The notes: generated from the letters alone by a model not told the origin. A stretch of DNA of 64,000 bases from an uncultured Eubacteriales bacterium (GCA_900548005.1 URIZ01000006.1:7816-71815); one strand, 5' to 3'; numbered from the stretch's first letter, positions 47,245 to 56,292 are shown. A program made the numbers and translations.

Positions 47245-47840
47245 TATATCTCGAACTCTTCTGGACGTTTTTCAAAATCGGGCTGTTCACAATCGGTGGC
47301 GGGCAAGCGATGATCCCCATGATCTCGCAAGAAGTCGTGCAAAAAGGCTGGCTGACAATCGAGCAAGTGCAATCTTTCATCGCCATATCCGAGAGTACGC
47401 CCGGTCCTTTTGCCGTGAACATTGCAACCTACACGGGCGTGTCGGTGACATCGTCAATGGGAATCGGGCAAAGCCTTCTCGGCGCGATTTGCGCAACGTT
47501 CGGCGTGACTTTGCCGTCCGTTGTCATCATAACAATCATCGTCCTTGCCCTTGCAAACTTCATCAAACGCCCTGCCGTGCAAGAAACGTTCTCGTACGTG
47601 CGCTCCACCGTGACGGGACTGCTTGCCGCCGTGTTTGTGAGCTTTGTGCTCTCCACGCTCTTTGGGATATCCAACGTGCTTGGCAGCGAGCCTATATCCT
47701 TTGACGTGATAGGCACTTGCATATTCGTCTTTCTTATGGCGATATCGCTTGTCAAGGTGAAAGGCAAGTCCCTGCCGCCGATTGCAATCATACTCTTGTC
47801 GGCAGTGATAGGCACGCTGTGTTACGGCTTTATTCATTAG
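47241..47840 (+). CDS. Chromate-transporter (CHR) family protein, second half-size paralog
   Basis: ATG 47241 overlaps the upstream stop (ATGA). FFKIGLFTIGGGQAMIPMIS...SESTPGPFAVNIATYTG. It is hidden inside the long track ORF 46482-47840. Confidence 0.85.
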   Translation: MIYLELFWTFFKIGLFTIGGGQAMIPMISQEVVQKGWLTIEQVQSFIAISESTPGPFAVNIATYTGVSVTSSMGIGQSLLGAICATFGVTLPSVVIITIIVLALANFIKRPAVQETFSYVRSTVTGLLAAVFVSFVLSTLFGISNVLGSEPISFDVIGTCIFVFLMAISLVKVKGKSLPPIAIILLSAVIGTLCYGFIH

Positions 47841-47903
47841 AACCGCCGCCATATCGGCAGAATATACGCGTGCTTGCAACGGTTGAAAACAAAAACACAT
47901 AGA

Positions 47904-47937
47904 AAAAACGACGGAATATCCGTCGTTTAGTTTTTTT
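47904..47937. terminator. Bidirectional terminator
   Basis: AAACGACGGA-ATA-TCCGTCGTTT followed by AGTTTTTTT. Confidence 0.7.
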
Positions 47938-47954
47938 CTTTTTTGTTGTGCTTT

Positions 47955-48644
47955 TTAGACAAAGAAACGTTTTTTGATTTCACTGCCCAGCACTTGTCTG
48001 CCGAAAATCAGCGAAAACGCAATCTCTGCTAGTCCCACGCCGAGCGTTGCAAGGGATGCGATCCAGTTGTAACCCGCATAGTGCAAAGACAAGCAATAGT
48101 TGAGCGGGAACAAGGCGATCATAAACAGCGCAAGCACAAAGGAGTGGAAGGCATATCTATACCACTTTTTGGTGATGACTGCGGTGAGCAACGTCACGAC
48201 GCTCAATGCGCCTGCCGCGCAAGGTATCACGTAAGAAAGCGCGATGTAGAACTTGCCAAAGTGCAAGCACACAAGAATCGCAAGGATCATCAGCCAGAAC
48301 GTCGATCTGTAATAGAACGTTCTAAGATCCGTGCGGAAAAAGACAAATTGTCCGATGACAAGCCAGAAGAATCCCACGGACGCAAGCCCGATGTAGATGA
48401 TCGAATACACCTTGGAGATCACCGACGCAAGCAGCAAGCCCACAAGCGTGAGCACGGAGAGCGCGATAAACACGTCTCTGACGGTCTTTCTTGCGTTACG
48501 TCTTTTTTCGTTGGCGTTGTAAGGGGCAAAATCAAAGTTTTCGTCTGTTTTGTCCGTTGCCTCGACAAGTCCTGCGCCGCAAAGGGGGCAGTTGTCGTCA
48601 TATTCGGGATGATACGTTTTGCAAAGTCTACAATATTTCATCAT
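47955..48644 (-). CDS. Zinc-ribbon polytopic membrane protein (DUF6320-like, from memory)
   Basis: 229-aa ORF with N-terminal CRLC...CPLCG followed by ~6 hydrophobic helices. Its start overlaps the stop of the upstream gene by 4 nt. Confidence 0.7.
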   Translation of the reverse strand: MMKYCRLCKTYHPEYDDNCPLCGAGLVEATDKTDENFDFAPYNANEKRRNARKTVRDVFIALSVLTLVGLLLASVISKVYSIIYIGLASVGFFWLVIGQFVFFRTDLRTFYYRSTFWLMILAILVCLHFGKFYIALSYVIPCAAGALSVVTLLTAVITKKWYRYAFHSFVLALFMIALFPLNYCLSLHYAGYNWIASLATLGVGLAEIAFSLIFGRQVLGSEIKKRFFV

Positions 48645-50116
48645 TTATCTCCGTTTGTTTCGATGTACACGTCAAGACCTTCCGCCGTCAACGCTCTGAC
48701 GAACTCTTTTTCAAGGTGTGAAGATTTGAAAGTCCTTGAGAACGTCAGCACGCACTCGTCTCCGAACGTCACGCCGGCAAGTTTGTAGCCCGAGTCCTTA
48801 GGCTCTTTCAAGCAAAACTCCACTCTGTCCACAATCTCGGACAATTCTTTGGGCGGATTTAGGCGTCCGTAGTTTGAAAAGTCCATAGACACGGCTTTGT
48901 TGTCCATGATATATTTTGTGATTTTGAGCCCTATATCTTTGAGCGCAAGCGGCACAAGCGCGATAAATTTGTTGCGTTCTTCACGCATATTCGCGTTGAC
49001 GTTCTCTTGCAAATATTTTTCGTTGAGTTGCTCTTTGAAGCACTCTTTGACCGCGTCCACGTATGCTTGGATGCCGCCGTCCACGCTGTCTTTGAGCGTC
49101 ACGTCAAGATAGAACGAGAAGTTGCGCACCGTGTCGGACGGGAAGAATTTGCGAAGATTGACAGGCACTCTTGCGTTGATGTCCTTGTTGCTGCCCTCTT
49201 TCTTGCGCATATCGAACATGATGCCGAATATGATCGCAAGCACGTATTCCGTGATGGTTGCGCCGTATTCTTTCGCCTTTTGGTTGAGCTTCGATGCGGA
49301 AGTGATCACGTGAGTCATCACGCCGTGGCGAGCCTTGGGGAGCTTGGGGATATAGGTGAAATTGATCTTTCTTTTTGCGTAGTCGTGCTTTTCGGCATAC
49401 ACTTGAAAGCTGTCTTCGATCTCGGTGGGAGTGGGCAAATCGCGATAGTCCTTTGCGCTCTTGTAGTCTTCGATTCGCTTGCCAGTCTTGATCTCGTAGT
49501 ATCTTGCAAGCAAACTCATAAGGAAAGTCGAGCCGCCCGTGCCGTCCGTGATGCTATGGAAAAACTCGCATCCGATTCTGTAATCGCTGTACACCACTCT
49601 GAAAAGATAGCGTTTGCCGTCAAGCGGAATGGGTTGGAACGAATAAAGGCTCTCTTTCTCCACTCTGGGCTTGAAAGGCAATCTCTCAAAATAGTACCAA
49701 AACGCGCCGCGCTTGATGGTGACCATAAGCGTGGGAAATCTCGGCACGAGATCGTCAAGCGCTTGTTGCAAAATCTCGCCGTCTACTCTCTCCTTCATCA
49801 CCGCCGCAAAGCGGAAGTGCGTGCTGTATTCGTTTGAAGAAGATGACGGATACACTTTTGCCGCGTTGTCGAGCTTGTACCACTCGGTCGGATCGAAAAT
49901 ACTCTCCTTCTTCTTGCTCTTCACCGTGCCTTCAACAAGAGAATCGTATTGAACGCCGAAATACCTTGAAATCGCTTCCAAAGTCTTTTGATCCACGTCT
50001 TCACCGTCTTCGGCTTTTTGGATCTCTTCAACGTCGATCGACAAGCGTTTTGCAAGCTCGTCAACCGTGAGATTCTTGTCTTCTCTGAGTCGTTTTATAG
50101 ATTTTGAATACTCCAT
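48641..50116 (-). CDS. XRE-type HTH fused to a condensation/alcohol-acetyltransferase-like acyltransferase domain
   Basis: 491-aa ORF. The N-terminal IKRLREDKNLTVDELAKRLSIDVEEIQKAEDG is an XRE-type HTH. The catalytic-type motif FHSITDGTGG (HxxxDG) sits at about residue 195. Confidence 0.75.
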   Translation of the reverse strand: MEYSKSIKRLREDKNLTVDELAKRLSIDVEEIQKAEDGEDVDQKTLEAISRYFGVQYDSLVEGTVKSKKKESIFDPTEWYKLDNAAKVYPSSSSNEYSTHFRFAAVMKERVDGEILQQALDDLVPRFPTLMVTIKRGAFWYYFERLPFKPRVEKESLYSFQPIPLDGKRYLFRVVYSDYRIGCEFFHSITDGTGGSTFLMSLLARYYEIKTGKRIEDYKSAKDYRDLPTPTEIEDSFQVYAEKHDYAKRKINFTYIPKLPKARHGVMTHVITSASKLNQKAKEYGATITEYVLAIIFGIMFDMRKKEGSNKDINARVPVNLRKFFPSDTVRNFSFYLDVTLKDSVDGGIQAYVDAVKECFKEQLNEKYLQENVNANMREERNKFIALVPLALKDIGLKITKYIMDNKAVSMDFSNYGRLNPPKELSEIVDRVEFCLKEPKDSGYKLAGVTFGDECVLTFSRTFKSSHLEKEFVRALTAEGLDVYIETNGDK

Positions 50117-50380
50117 ACTTCCATTCCGTCGAAAATTTATTTCGCATTGTGCAAATACTTATTAATACAAAAAGCTGACATAATGCATTTATTAGGACAC
50201 TATCTTAACACGCCAAGTCACTTTCGTCAAACGATTTGCCTTTGCCGTCCCGTTTTTATACTTTTATTACAACCCGTCCGACATCGCGCCCGCGCATAAT
50301 GCGCACACGTATATACACGTGTACGCATTTAAAAGGAATGTGCAATTTCAAAGACGAACACGAGCCACAACGGCATAATA

Positions 50381-50715
50381 ATTAATAATTAATAATGAAT
50401 AATTGTGGAAGGCGAAGCCTTATCCAAAAGCCTATTCGGAGCGTACTTATACACGGAATGTGCTTATTCGAAGTGAGCGTTCGCAAGGCGAACGCCGAGA
50501 TAAGCGCCGAGCAAGACGGTTGTACGAGAATGCGTGGCACTGTGTTGCGCAAGCCGCCACGCAGGCGAAGTGGCATAACAAGGGGACGATACTTTTCTAT
50601 GCGAGTGCCGACTGTCTTCCCCGTGAGCGATGTACACTTTTGTAGAGAAAGCACTCTATACGAGTGGTGGAAGAAATACCGGCGCGGACCGGAAAGATGG
50701 GGCAATTCTATTTAG
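50381..50715 (+). ncRNA. Conserved structured non-coding element, copy B (paralog of 16490-16865)
   Basis: It shares the 28/28 block ATTAATAATTAATAATGAATAATTGTGG, the 31/33 block GCGTACTTATACACGGAATGTGCTTATTCGAAG, and CGAACGCCGAG, TTGTACGAG and the GTGGCATAA...TCTATGCGAGTGC...TCCCC block with copy A. Hairpins AAGGC-GAA-GCCTT, GCGTTCG-CAAGG-CGAACGC, TGCGTGGC/GCCACGCA and TCTTCC/GGAAGA are present. Confidence 0.5.
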
Positions 50716-50816
50716 GGTTTCAAACGTTCACCCCTTGTAGAGCCGTGAACAATATGCGCCTTACGGCTGGATGTTTCGACAGGCTCAACATGACGATATG
50801 GAAAATTTGATACAGC

Positions 50817-50866
50817 ACCCGAGCATGCGTAGCGGAGCGTACACGTAGTACGTGAGCAACACACGC
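50817..50866 (+). repeat. 50-bp perfect direct repeat, copy 1 (GTAC-hairpin module)
   Basis: ACCCGAGCATGCGTAGCGGAGCGTACACGTAGTACGTGAGCAACACACGC, identical to 51175-51224. Confidence 0.95.
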
Positions 50867-50870
50867 ACAG

Positions 50871-51035
50871 CCGGAACAAAAGCCGTCATCGCGGCAACGG
50901 CATCGCTTGCTTACAAGCAACGCCGAAAGCCGTATTAGGCTTGTTGTTCTGCTAACCGCGCCGAAAATCTTTGCTATCAGTTTAGTTACGGACAAAAACT
51001 TCTGCCGCAATTTCGCAAGATTGTCGGCTTGGTGT
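50871..51035 (+). repeat. 165-nt repeat module, copy 1
   Basis: It aligns by eye end-to-end with the reverse complement of 58391-58551. Differences are scattered substitutions and one 3-nt indel. Confidence 0.9.
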
Positions 51036-51174
51036 TTAGATTGGGTGGGACACCCACAAATGCGTCCCTTGCCGAAAAGCAAACGGCAAGAGCCAAGGAA
51101 GACGAGAACGAGTAGCGGAATGTACTTTGTACCAAGAGATAATCAGACACAGAGCAAGCGGCGAAAGTCAAGGA

Positions 51175-51224
51175 ACCCGAGCATGCGTAGCGGAGCGTAC
51201 ACGTAGTACGTGAGCAACACACGC
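51175..51224 (+). repeat. 50-bp perfect direct repeat, copy 2
   Basis: Identical to 50817-50866. The two copies start 358 bp apart. Confidence 0.95.
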
Positions 51225-51238
51225 GCAGGGTGACGAAG

Positions 51239-51269
51239 AAAAAAGCACGGCAAGAAATTGCCGTGCTTT
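51239..51269. terminator. Terminator after rpsI (hairpin usable in both directions)
   Basis: AGCACGGCAA-GAAA-TTGCCGTGCT. It is flanked by A6 on one side and TTTGTTTT on the other. Confidence 0.7.
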
Positions 51270-51294
51270 GTTTTCGTCGCTTGAATGCGTCTGA

Positions 51295-51705
51295 TTATCT
51301 CTTGGAGAATTGGGGTGCTTTACGAGCCTTATGCAATCCGTATTTCTTGCGTTCTTTGGCTCTGGGGTCACGAGTGAGATATCCTTCTTTCTTGAGGATA
51401 GCTCTGTATGCTTCACTGTCTGCAACGCAGAGTGCGCGAGCGATGCCGTGACGGATTGCGCCTGCTTGACCGGTGTAGCCGCCGCCGTACACGTTGACGA
51501 GAACGTCAAACTTGTCGGAAGTGCCGGTTGCCACGAGCGGTTGATTGACGATGAATTTCATCGTGTCAAGCGGGAAGTACTCGTCGAGAGTGCGTTTGTT
51601 GATGACGATATTGCCGTCGCCGGGGATAAGGCGAACTCTTGCGATTGCCGTCTTTCTTCTGCCGGTGCCGAGATATTGAACTTTCTTGGTTTTCTTAGTA
51701 GCCAT
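51295..51705 (-). CDS. rpsI: 30S ribosomal protein S9
   Basis: 136-aa [17 protein letters not shown] and the C-terminal [17 protein letters not shown] are present. Confidence 0.97.
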   Translation of the reverse strand: MATKKTKKVQYLGTGRRKTAIARVRLIPGDGNIVINKRTLDEYFPLDTMKFIVNQPLVATGTSDKFDVLVNVYGGGYTGQAGAIRHGIARALCVADSEAYRAILKKEGYLTRDPRAKERKKYGLHKARKAPQFSKR

Positions 51706-51720
51706 ATTTCACCTCTCCAA

Positions 51721-52185
51721 TTAGTTGAGTTTGAGCTCAACCGGGCATTGTGCCTGATGATCATGCTCTGCACCTGCGTAAACGCGGAGTTTCTTGAGCA
51801 TTTTTGCACCGAGCGTGTTCTTGGGAAGCATACCCTTGACCGCCTTGTACACTGCGAATTCAGGTTTTTCCGCCATCAATTTCTTGTATTGGATTTCCTT
51901 GAGTCCGCCGATGTAACCGGTGTGATAGCGATAGTACTTATCTTCGAGTTTGTTGCCCGTGAGAATGACTTTGTCGCAGTTGATTATAATAACGTGGTCG
52001 CCGCAGTCGACGTTGGGAGTGTATTGTGGTTTGTTCTTACCTTTCAAGATTGTTGCAACTTGAGAAGCGAGACGACCGAGAACCATATCGGTTGCGTCAA
52101 CGATGTACCACTTGCTTTCCACTTCGCCCGGCTTTGCCATATAAGACTTATTGTTTTTTGCCATTGAAGACAAATCCTTAGCCAT
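51721..52185 (-). CDS. rplM: 50S ribosomal protein L13
   Basis: Start moved to ATG 52183-52185. The TTG at 52200 in the track is part of the [24 protein letters not shown] is the L13 N-terminal signature. An internal later Met start cannot be excluded. Confidence 0.93.
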   Translation of the reverse strand: MAKDLSSMAKNNKSYMAKPGEVESKWYIVDATDMVLGRLASQVATILKGKNKPQYTPNVDCGDHVIIINCDKVILTGNKLEDKYYRYHTGYIGGLKEIQYKKLMAEKPEFAVYKAVKGMLPKNTLGAKMLKKLRVYAGAEHDHQAQCPVELKLN

Positions 52186-52284
52186 AGTGCTAACCTCCAA
52201 AAATTCTGTTTTTGCAAGAAATCGGCGTGTTCGGAGGGGCTAGTTCTTCCCACAGACATACTTCTTCCAAAAATATGCTTGTTA

Positions 52285-52313
52285 ATGATATTAAATTGCG
52301 CGCGATAAGTCAA
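52285..52313 (-). promoter_or_regulatory. Candidate sigma-70 promoter of rplM-rpsI
   Basis: Minus strand reads TTGACT, 17 nt, TATCAT. This leaves a leader of about 95 nt. Confidence 0.5.
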
Positions 52314-52441
52314 GCGTTTTTCCACAAAAAGTCCCGATTTTTGCACATTCGGGGCATATTGCGAGCAATCCGCTCAAAATACGCCGCCATTTTCACGCTT
52401 TTCTTGACGCCTGTTTTGCGGTTTTTCGGTTTTCTATGCCG

Positions 52442-54541
52442 TCAAAACTCAATGCTCATAGCGGCGCAATCAAGGTTTTTGGCGGGCATCTCTTGTCCGT
52501 TCACAATCGTATTTTCGCCCTTCAGCCCGACAATCTCAAAGCTGAGTTTTTCCGTCTTGCAATCATCGCTCGGCGTGACGTTCAACACATATCCGTCCTC
52601 GGTTTTTTGCATATCAAACGCGATATTTCCAATCTCGTCATACATCGTGAATGTGTTTTCTCCCGGGAAGATTTTCAACGTTAGATGCTTGAAATCTTTG
52701 CAATTGAGCCTGTCTTGCTCCCTTACGTCAAGCAAGGGGATTATGCCGCCGTCTTTGACGAAAACGGGGTATTGATCGAGCGGACATTCTATCTCGTATT
52801 CTTTGTCGCCGTCAAAGCGTTCGCCGCTGAAAAAGTGCGTCCAGTTGCCTTTTGGCAGCCACACTTGCATCTTTGTCGTGCCGTTTTTGCCGGGTTTTGT
52901 CACGGGGCATACGAGCATTTGCTCGCCGAAGAAATATTGGTTGCGCCACTTTTTCGCATACGCGTTTTTGTCATTGACGTAGTAGTACATGGGGCAAACA
53001 AGCGGCACTCCGTCCTTGGCGGTGCGGATATTTGCCGTGTACAAATAGGGCAAAAGCCTATGGCGCAAACGCATGAAATCTTCCGCAACGCTTTCCACTT
53101 TGGGATAATTCCACGGTTCTTTACTCATAGATTTATTGTTTGAATGCAAGCGGTTCACGGGTGAGAATACGCCAAACTGCAACCATCTGAGATACAATTC
53201 CTGATCGCCTTTGCCTAAAAGATGCCCGCCGATGTCGTGCGACCACCAAGTGTAGCCTGCGTTGGATGCAAGCGACGTGAAATAGGGCTGAAAATTCAAG
53301 CTCTTCCAACACACCATCGTATCTCCCGAAAAGCCGAGCGGATAGCGATGCGAGCCGAGTCCTGAATATCTTGAAAGGATAATCCCCTTCTTACCGTCCC
53401 TATTGATGTCGAGCATGTGATAGTGATTGAGCAGCCACAAAGGATCGAGCCCTTTCATCTTGGACTTTGTGCCTTGTTGCCAGTCTATCCACCAAAAATC
53501 CACGCCTTCCTTTTCGTAGGGATGGTGCAAGACGTCAAAGTATGCGTTCAAAAACTTCTCGTCCGTCAAATCGAACTCGACGGTCTTCTTGGTTGCGGGA
53601 TCTATGCCGCACGCTTTTGCCATCTCGGGATACTGCTCTTCAAAATATCTCACTCCGTCACGCGGATGCAAATTCATGGTGACGGCAAGATCTCTGTCCT
53701 TCAAATCGGCAAGGAATTTTTTGTGGTCTGGAAAGAGCTGTTTTTCAAAGGTGTATCCCGTCCACCCCGCGCCTTGAAAAGACTTGAACTCGGCGTCCTT
53801 GGGCGTGTTTTTGACAATGTGCCAATCCATATCCACAGTCGCAACCGTGAGCGGAACGCCCTTTTGGGCAAACTCGTCCATGAGCGAGATATATTCGTCT
53901 TGCGTGTATGCGTGATAGCGTGACCACCAGTTGCCAAGCGCGTATTTTGGCAAAACGGGAGTGTATCCGCAAAGCGAATAAAACTCTTTGAGTCCGCCAA
54001 GATAATCGTCTTCAAACACAAACACGTATTTGTCCGCATAGGTCTTTTCTCTTTGCTTGACAAAGCCGTCCTCGGTGAGCAGAAAAGATTTTTTGTCATC
54101 GATCTCGCTCACGCCGTTTTTGGCAAACAAGCCTTTTCTTATATGCGATATGCCGAAGTGGTCTTTGCCTTCCGCCATGCCCTTCCAACCAAAAAGCATG
54201 CCGAAAGTGCCGTCAAGCGTGCGAGCCGTGCCGCCGAGATTTTGAGCGTTGCTCGCCTTTCTCCAATCCTTTTCTTCGGGTGTCTTGACATATACGAAAG
54301 CGGTGTCCAAGTCCACGCAAAAATAATACTTATCCGTCAAAATCAACACTTTATCTTGCGTTTTTTGCACTGTAAAGTGTGGATTTGCAAAATCTCTGCA
54401 CGCAACCATCTGCGTTCTGTTGTCCGTAAACGCGCCCTTTTCGACACGTATTATCCTGTCGGAAAGCACGCTTATTCTCACGTCGTCAAACTCGATGACA
54501 TTGCTTTCTTTGCAGGGTGCAAGCGTTGTTGCAAATCTCAT
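52442..54541 (-). CDS. Glycoside hydrolase family 31 protein
   Basis: Start moved to ATG 54539-54541 (AGGAG upstream; MRFATTLAPC...). The GVDFWWIDWQQG block resembles GH31 catalytic-nucleophile regions of the WxDW type, from memory. Confidence 0.7.
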   Translation of the reverse strand: MRFATTLAPCKESNVIEFDDVRISVLSDRIIRVEKGAFTDNRTQMVACRDFANPHFTVQKTQDKVLILTDKYYFCVDLDTAFVYVKTPEEKDWRKASNAQNLGGTARTLDGTFGMLFGWKGMAEGKDHFGISHIRKGLFAKNGVSEIDDKKSFLLTEDGFVKQREKTYADKYVFVFEDDYLGGLKEFYSLCGYTPVLPKYALGNWWSRYHAYTQDEYISLMDEFAQKGVPLTVATVDMDWHIVKNTPKDAEFKSFQGAGWTGYTFEKQLFPDHKKFLADLKDRDLAVTMNLHPRDGVRYFEEQYPEMAKACGIDPATKKTVEFDLTDEKFLNAYFDVLHHPYEKEGVDFWWIDWQQGTKSKMKGLDPLWLLNHYHMLDINRDGKKGIILSRYSGLGSHRYPLGFSGDTMVCWKSLNFQPYFTSLASNAGYTWWSHDIGGHLLGKGDQELYLRWLQFGVFSPVNRLHSNNKSMSKEPWNYPKVESVAEDFMRLRHRLLPYLYTANIRTAKDGVPLVCPMYYYVNDKNAYAKKWRNQYFFGEQMLVCPVTKPGKNGTTKMQVWLPKGNWTHFFSGERFDGDKEYEIECPLDQYPVFVKDGGIIPLLDVREQDRLNCKDFKHLTLKIFPGENTFTMYDEIGNIAFDMQKTEDGYVLNVTPSDDCKTEKLSFEIVGLKGENTIVNGQEMPAKNLDCAAMSIEF

Positions 54542-54803
54542 ATTTTTTCTCCTATATGACGGCTTGTCGCAACTTCTTTTGACTGCATGCCGCCGATTTT
54601 GTGTGTAAAATATTGTATCAATTCTACCGCAAATTGTCAATATACACTGCATTTCACGCTCGCTTTTAAGCGACATGTTTCGCACTTGATTTTCACCTGT
54701 TTTTCGGCGCGTTGACACCCGCGCGCAAAGGTGATATAATCTTTTCATCATATAGGGGAGCAAAAGCGCAAATACACTCAAGAAAAGTTTGCATATAAAG
54801 GTC

Positions 54804-56285
54804 ATGAAAGAAAAGTTTCAAAAAGCGTTGAACGTTGTCAATCGCTTTATTCAATCGGATTATTTCATTTTGTTTTCCGCCGTCATAATTCTGATAGGTT
54901 GGTGTTTCAACATTTGGGCGCCCATGCTTGCGGTGCTTGCTCTTGTTGCGATACTTCCGCTGTTTTTCGCAAAAGGCACAAAACAAATTCTGTGCGTCGT
55001 GATGATGTTCACTCTCATCATAAGCTCAAACCGTCACCGCCTTGACGACTATGCGTGGCTTCTTTCGCTTGTTGTCGTTCTTCTTGCGGGTGCACTGTTC
55101 AATCTCATAAGATACAAGCGTTCGCTCTCCCTTCTCTCTCCCACAAAAATCAAAGGTTTTCACTGCTCGGTCATCGCGCTTGCAATTCCGTTTGCACTGG
55201 GCGGAGCAGGCTCTCCCACGGAAAAACCGCTTGCCATATTGGCGGCTTTTGCGCTCATTCTCGTGGCAGGCGTATCCTATTCTTTCTTTGTGGTCACCCA
55301 AGACGAGCAGGACAGAAAAGGCATGGCGGAGTATATCCTGAAAGTTTTGTTTGCCATGGGCGTCGTGATATGCGCACAGATGATTGTATATTTCTCGTCC
55401 TTTGACTCCAAGCAGGACGTTCTCAACGCAATAATATCCAAGAACATCGCGCTCGGCTGGGCAGGCCCCAACAACGTTGCGCCCGTGCTTAGCATGACAG
55501 TGCCGGCAACTCTTTATTTCTGCATCAAGAAAAACAAAGCCACGCCGCTTTTTGCGATAATGGCAACACTCGAATACATATTTATCATTTCGACGGGTTG
55601 CCGCGGCGCAATTATATTCACCACAATCGCAATGCCTGCTATGTGTCTGTACGTCATGGCAAAATCCGAAAATAAGGTGCTTTTCGGCATGACGCTCAGC
55701 GTGCTGTTCGCGGCGATTATTTTTGTCTGTGCTTATTACGGCGAGTACGTAAGCAAAATAATGACCACCATCCTCAACAAAGGTCTCGACAGCAGCGGTA
55801 GAGTGGAAATGCTTTATCCCGAAGCAATCGAAGTCTTCAAAAAATGGCCGCTTTTCGGTTCCGGTTGGGACTATCATCTCGGAGGTATGGCACACAACAA
55901 CTACACACCGTACTGGTATCACTCCACCGCTCTGCAAATCCTTGCAACTATGGGCATTGTCGGCGCAATCGGCTTTGCGTTCTTCTATTTCTTCCGCTAT
56001 CGCACCTTCCTTGTCGCACGCAAGAATCCCGCCGCCGTCATGCTCCTTTGCGGCACAATCCTGTTTGACGCCTACGGCATGATCGACACCAACTTCTTCG
56101 GCCCGACGTTCTTTATTATGCTGTTGATAATGACGTTTGCGGTGGAAATCAACCTTCCCGCGAGCAAATGCCGCGCCTTTGGCGGCCACAATCCGTTTGT
56201 TGAAATCCCCGACTTTTTCAAACGTCTTTTTGCAAAACTCTCCGTCAAGAAACTTCCGAGCGACGAATACGTCCGCGAGATATAA
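54804..56285 (+). CDS. O-antigen ligase/polymerase-like (Wzy_C) polytopic membrane protein
   Basis: Start at ATG 54804. It has more than 10 hydrophobic helices. GMAHNNYTPYWYHSTALQILATMGIVG resembles the O-antigen ligase loop. Confidence 0.7.
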   Translation: MKEKFQKALNVVNRFIQSDYFILFSAVIILIGWCFNIWAPMLAVLALVAILPLFFAKGTKQILCVVMMFTLIISSNRHRLDDYAWLLSLVVVLLAGALFNLIRYKRSLSLLSPTKIKGFHCSVIALAIPFALGGAGSPTEKPLAILAAFALILVAGVSYSFFVVTQDEQDRKGMAEYILKVLFAMGVVICAQMIVYFSSFDSKQDVLNAIISKNIALGWAGPNNVAPVLSMTVPATLYFCIKKNKATPLFAIMATLEYIFIISTGCRGAIIFTTIAMPAMCLYVMAKSENKVLFGMTLSVLFAAIIFVCAYYGEYVSKIMTTILNKGLDSSGRVEMLYPEAIEVFKKWPLFGSGWDYHLGGMAHNNYTPYWYHSTALQILATMGIVGAIGFAFFYFFRYRTFLVARKNPAAVMLLCGTILFDAYGMIDTNFFGPTFFIMLLIMTFAVEINLPASKCRAFGGHNPFVEIPDFFKRLFAKLSVKKLPSDEYVREI

Positions 56286-56292
56286 AACATAA

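Noticed and set aside
46482-47840. 452-aa track ORF spanning both chromate-transporter genes.
   Set aside because: Its first ~250 codons are an Arg/His-rich out-of-frame shadow of the first CHR gene. Only the part from ATG 47241 onward shows the CHR signature and is called.
50907-51206. Track ORFs 50907-51206 (+) and 58385-58591 (-) share the peptide SNAESRIRLVVLLTAPKIF...TDKN.C.NFARLSAW. This could be a duplicated small protein gene inside the 165-nt repeat.
   Set aside because: - Counting the nucleotide differences between the two copies by codon position gives roughly 2 at first, 7 at second and 6 at third positions, so there is no third-position bias.
- The 50-kb copy has no ATG and no SD.
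- The ORF ends differ completely.
- The sequence is dense in hairpins.
50817-51224. The perfect 50-bp repeats considered as a possible CRISPR array.
   Set aside because: There are only two copies, separated by 308 bp. The spacer region itself is a repeat found elsewhere. No further repeats and no cas genes occur in the window.
50716-51235. A group II intron or retron origin for the GTAC-hairpin modules. The GAGC...GTACG strings are superficially like domain V.
   Set aside because: - There is no 5' GUGYG.
- There is no 34-nt domain V consensus with a GNRA loop and AGC triad in the right geometry.
- No reverse-transcriptase or maturase ORF occurs anywhere in the window.
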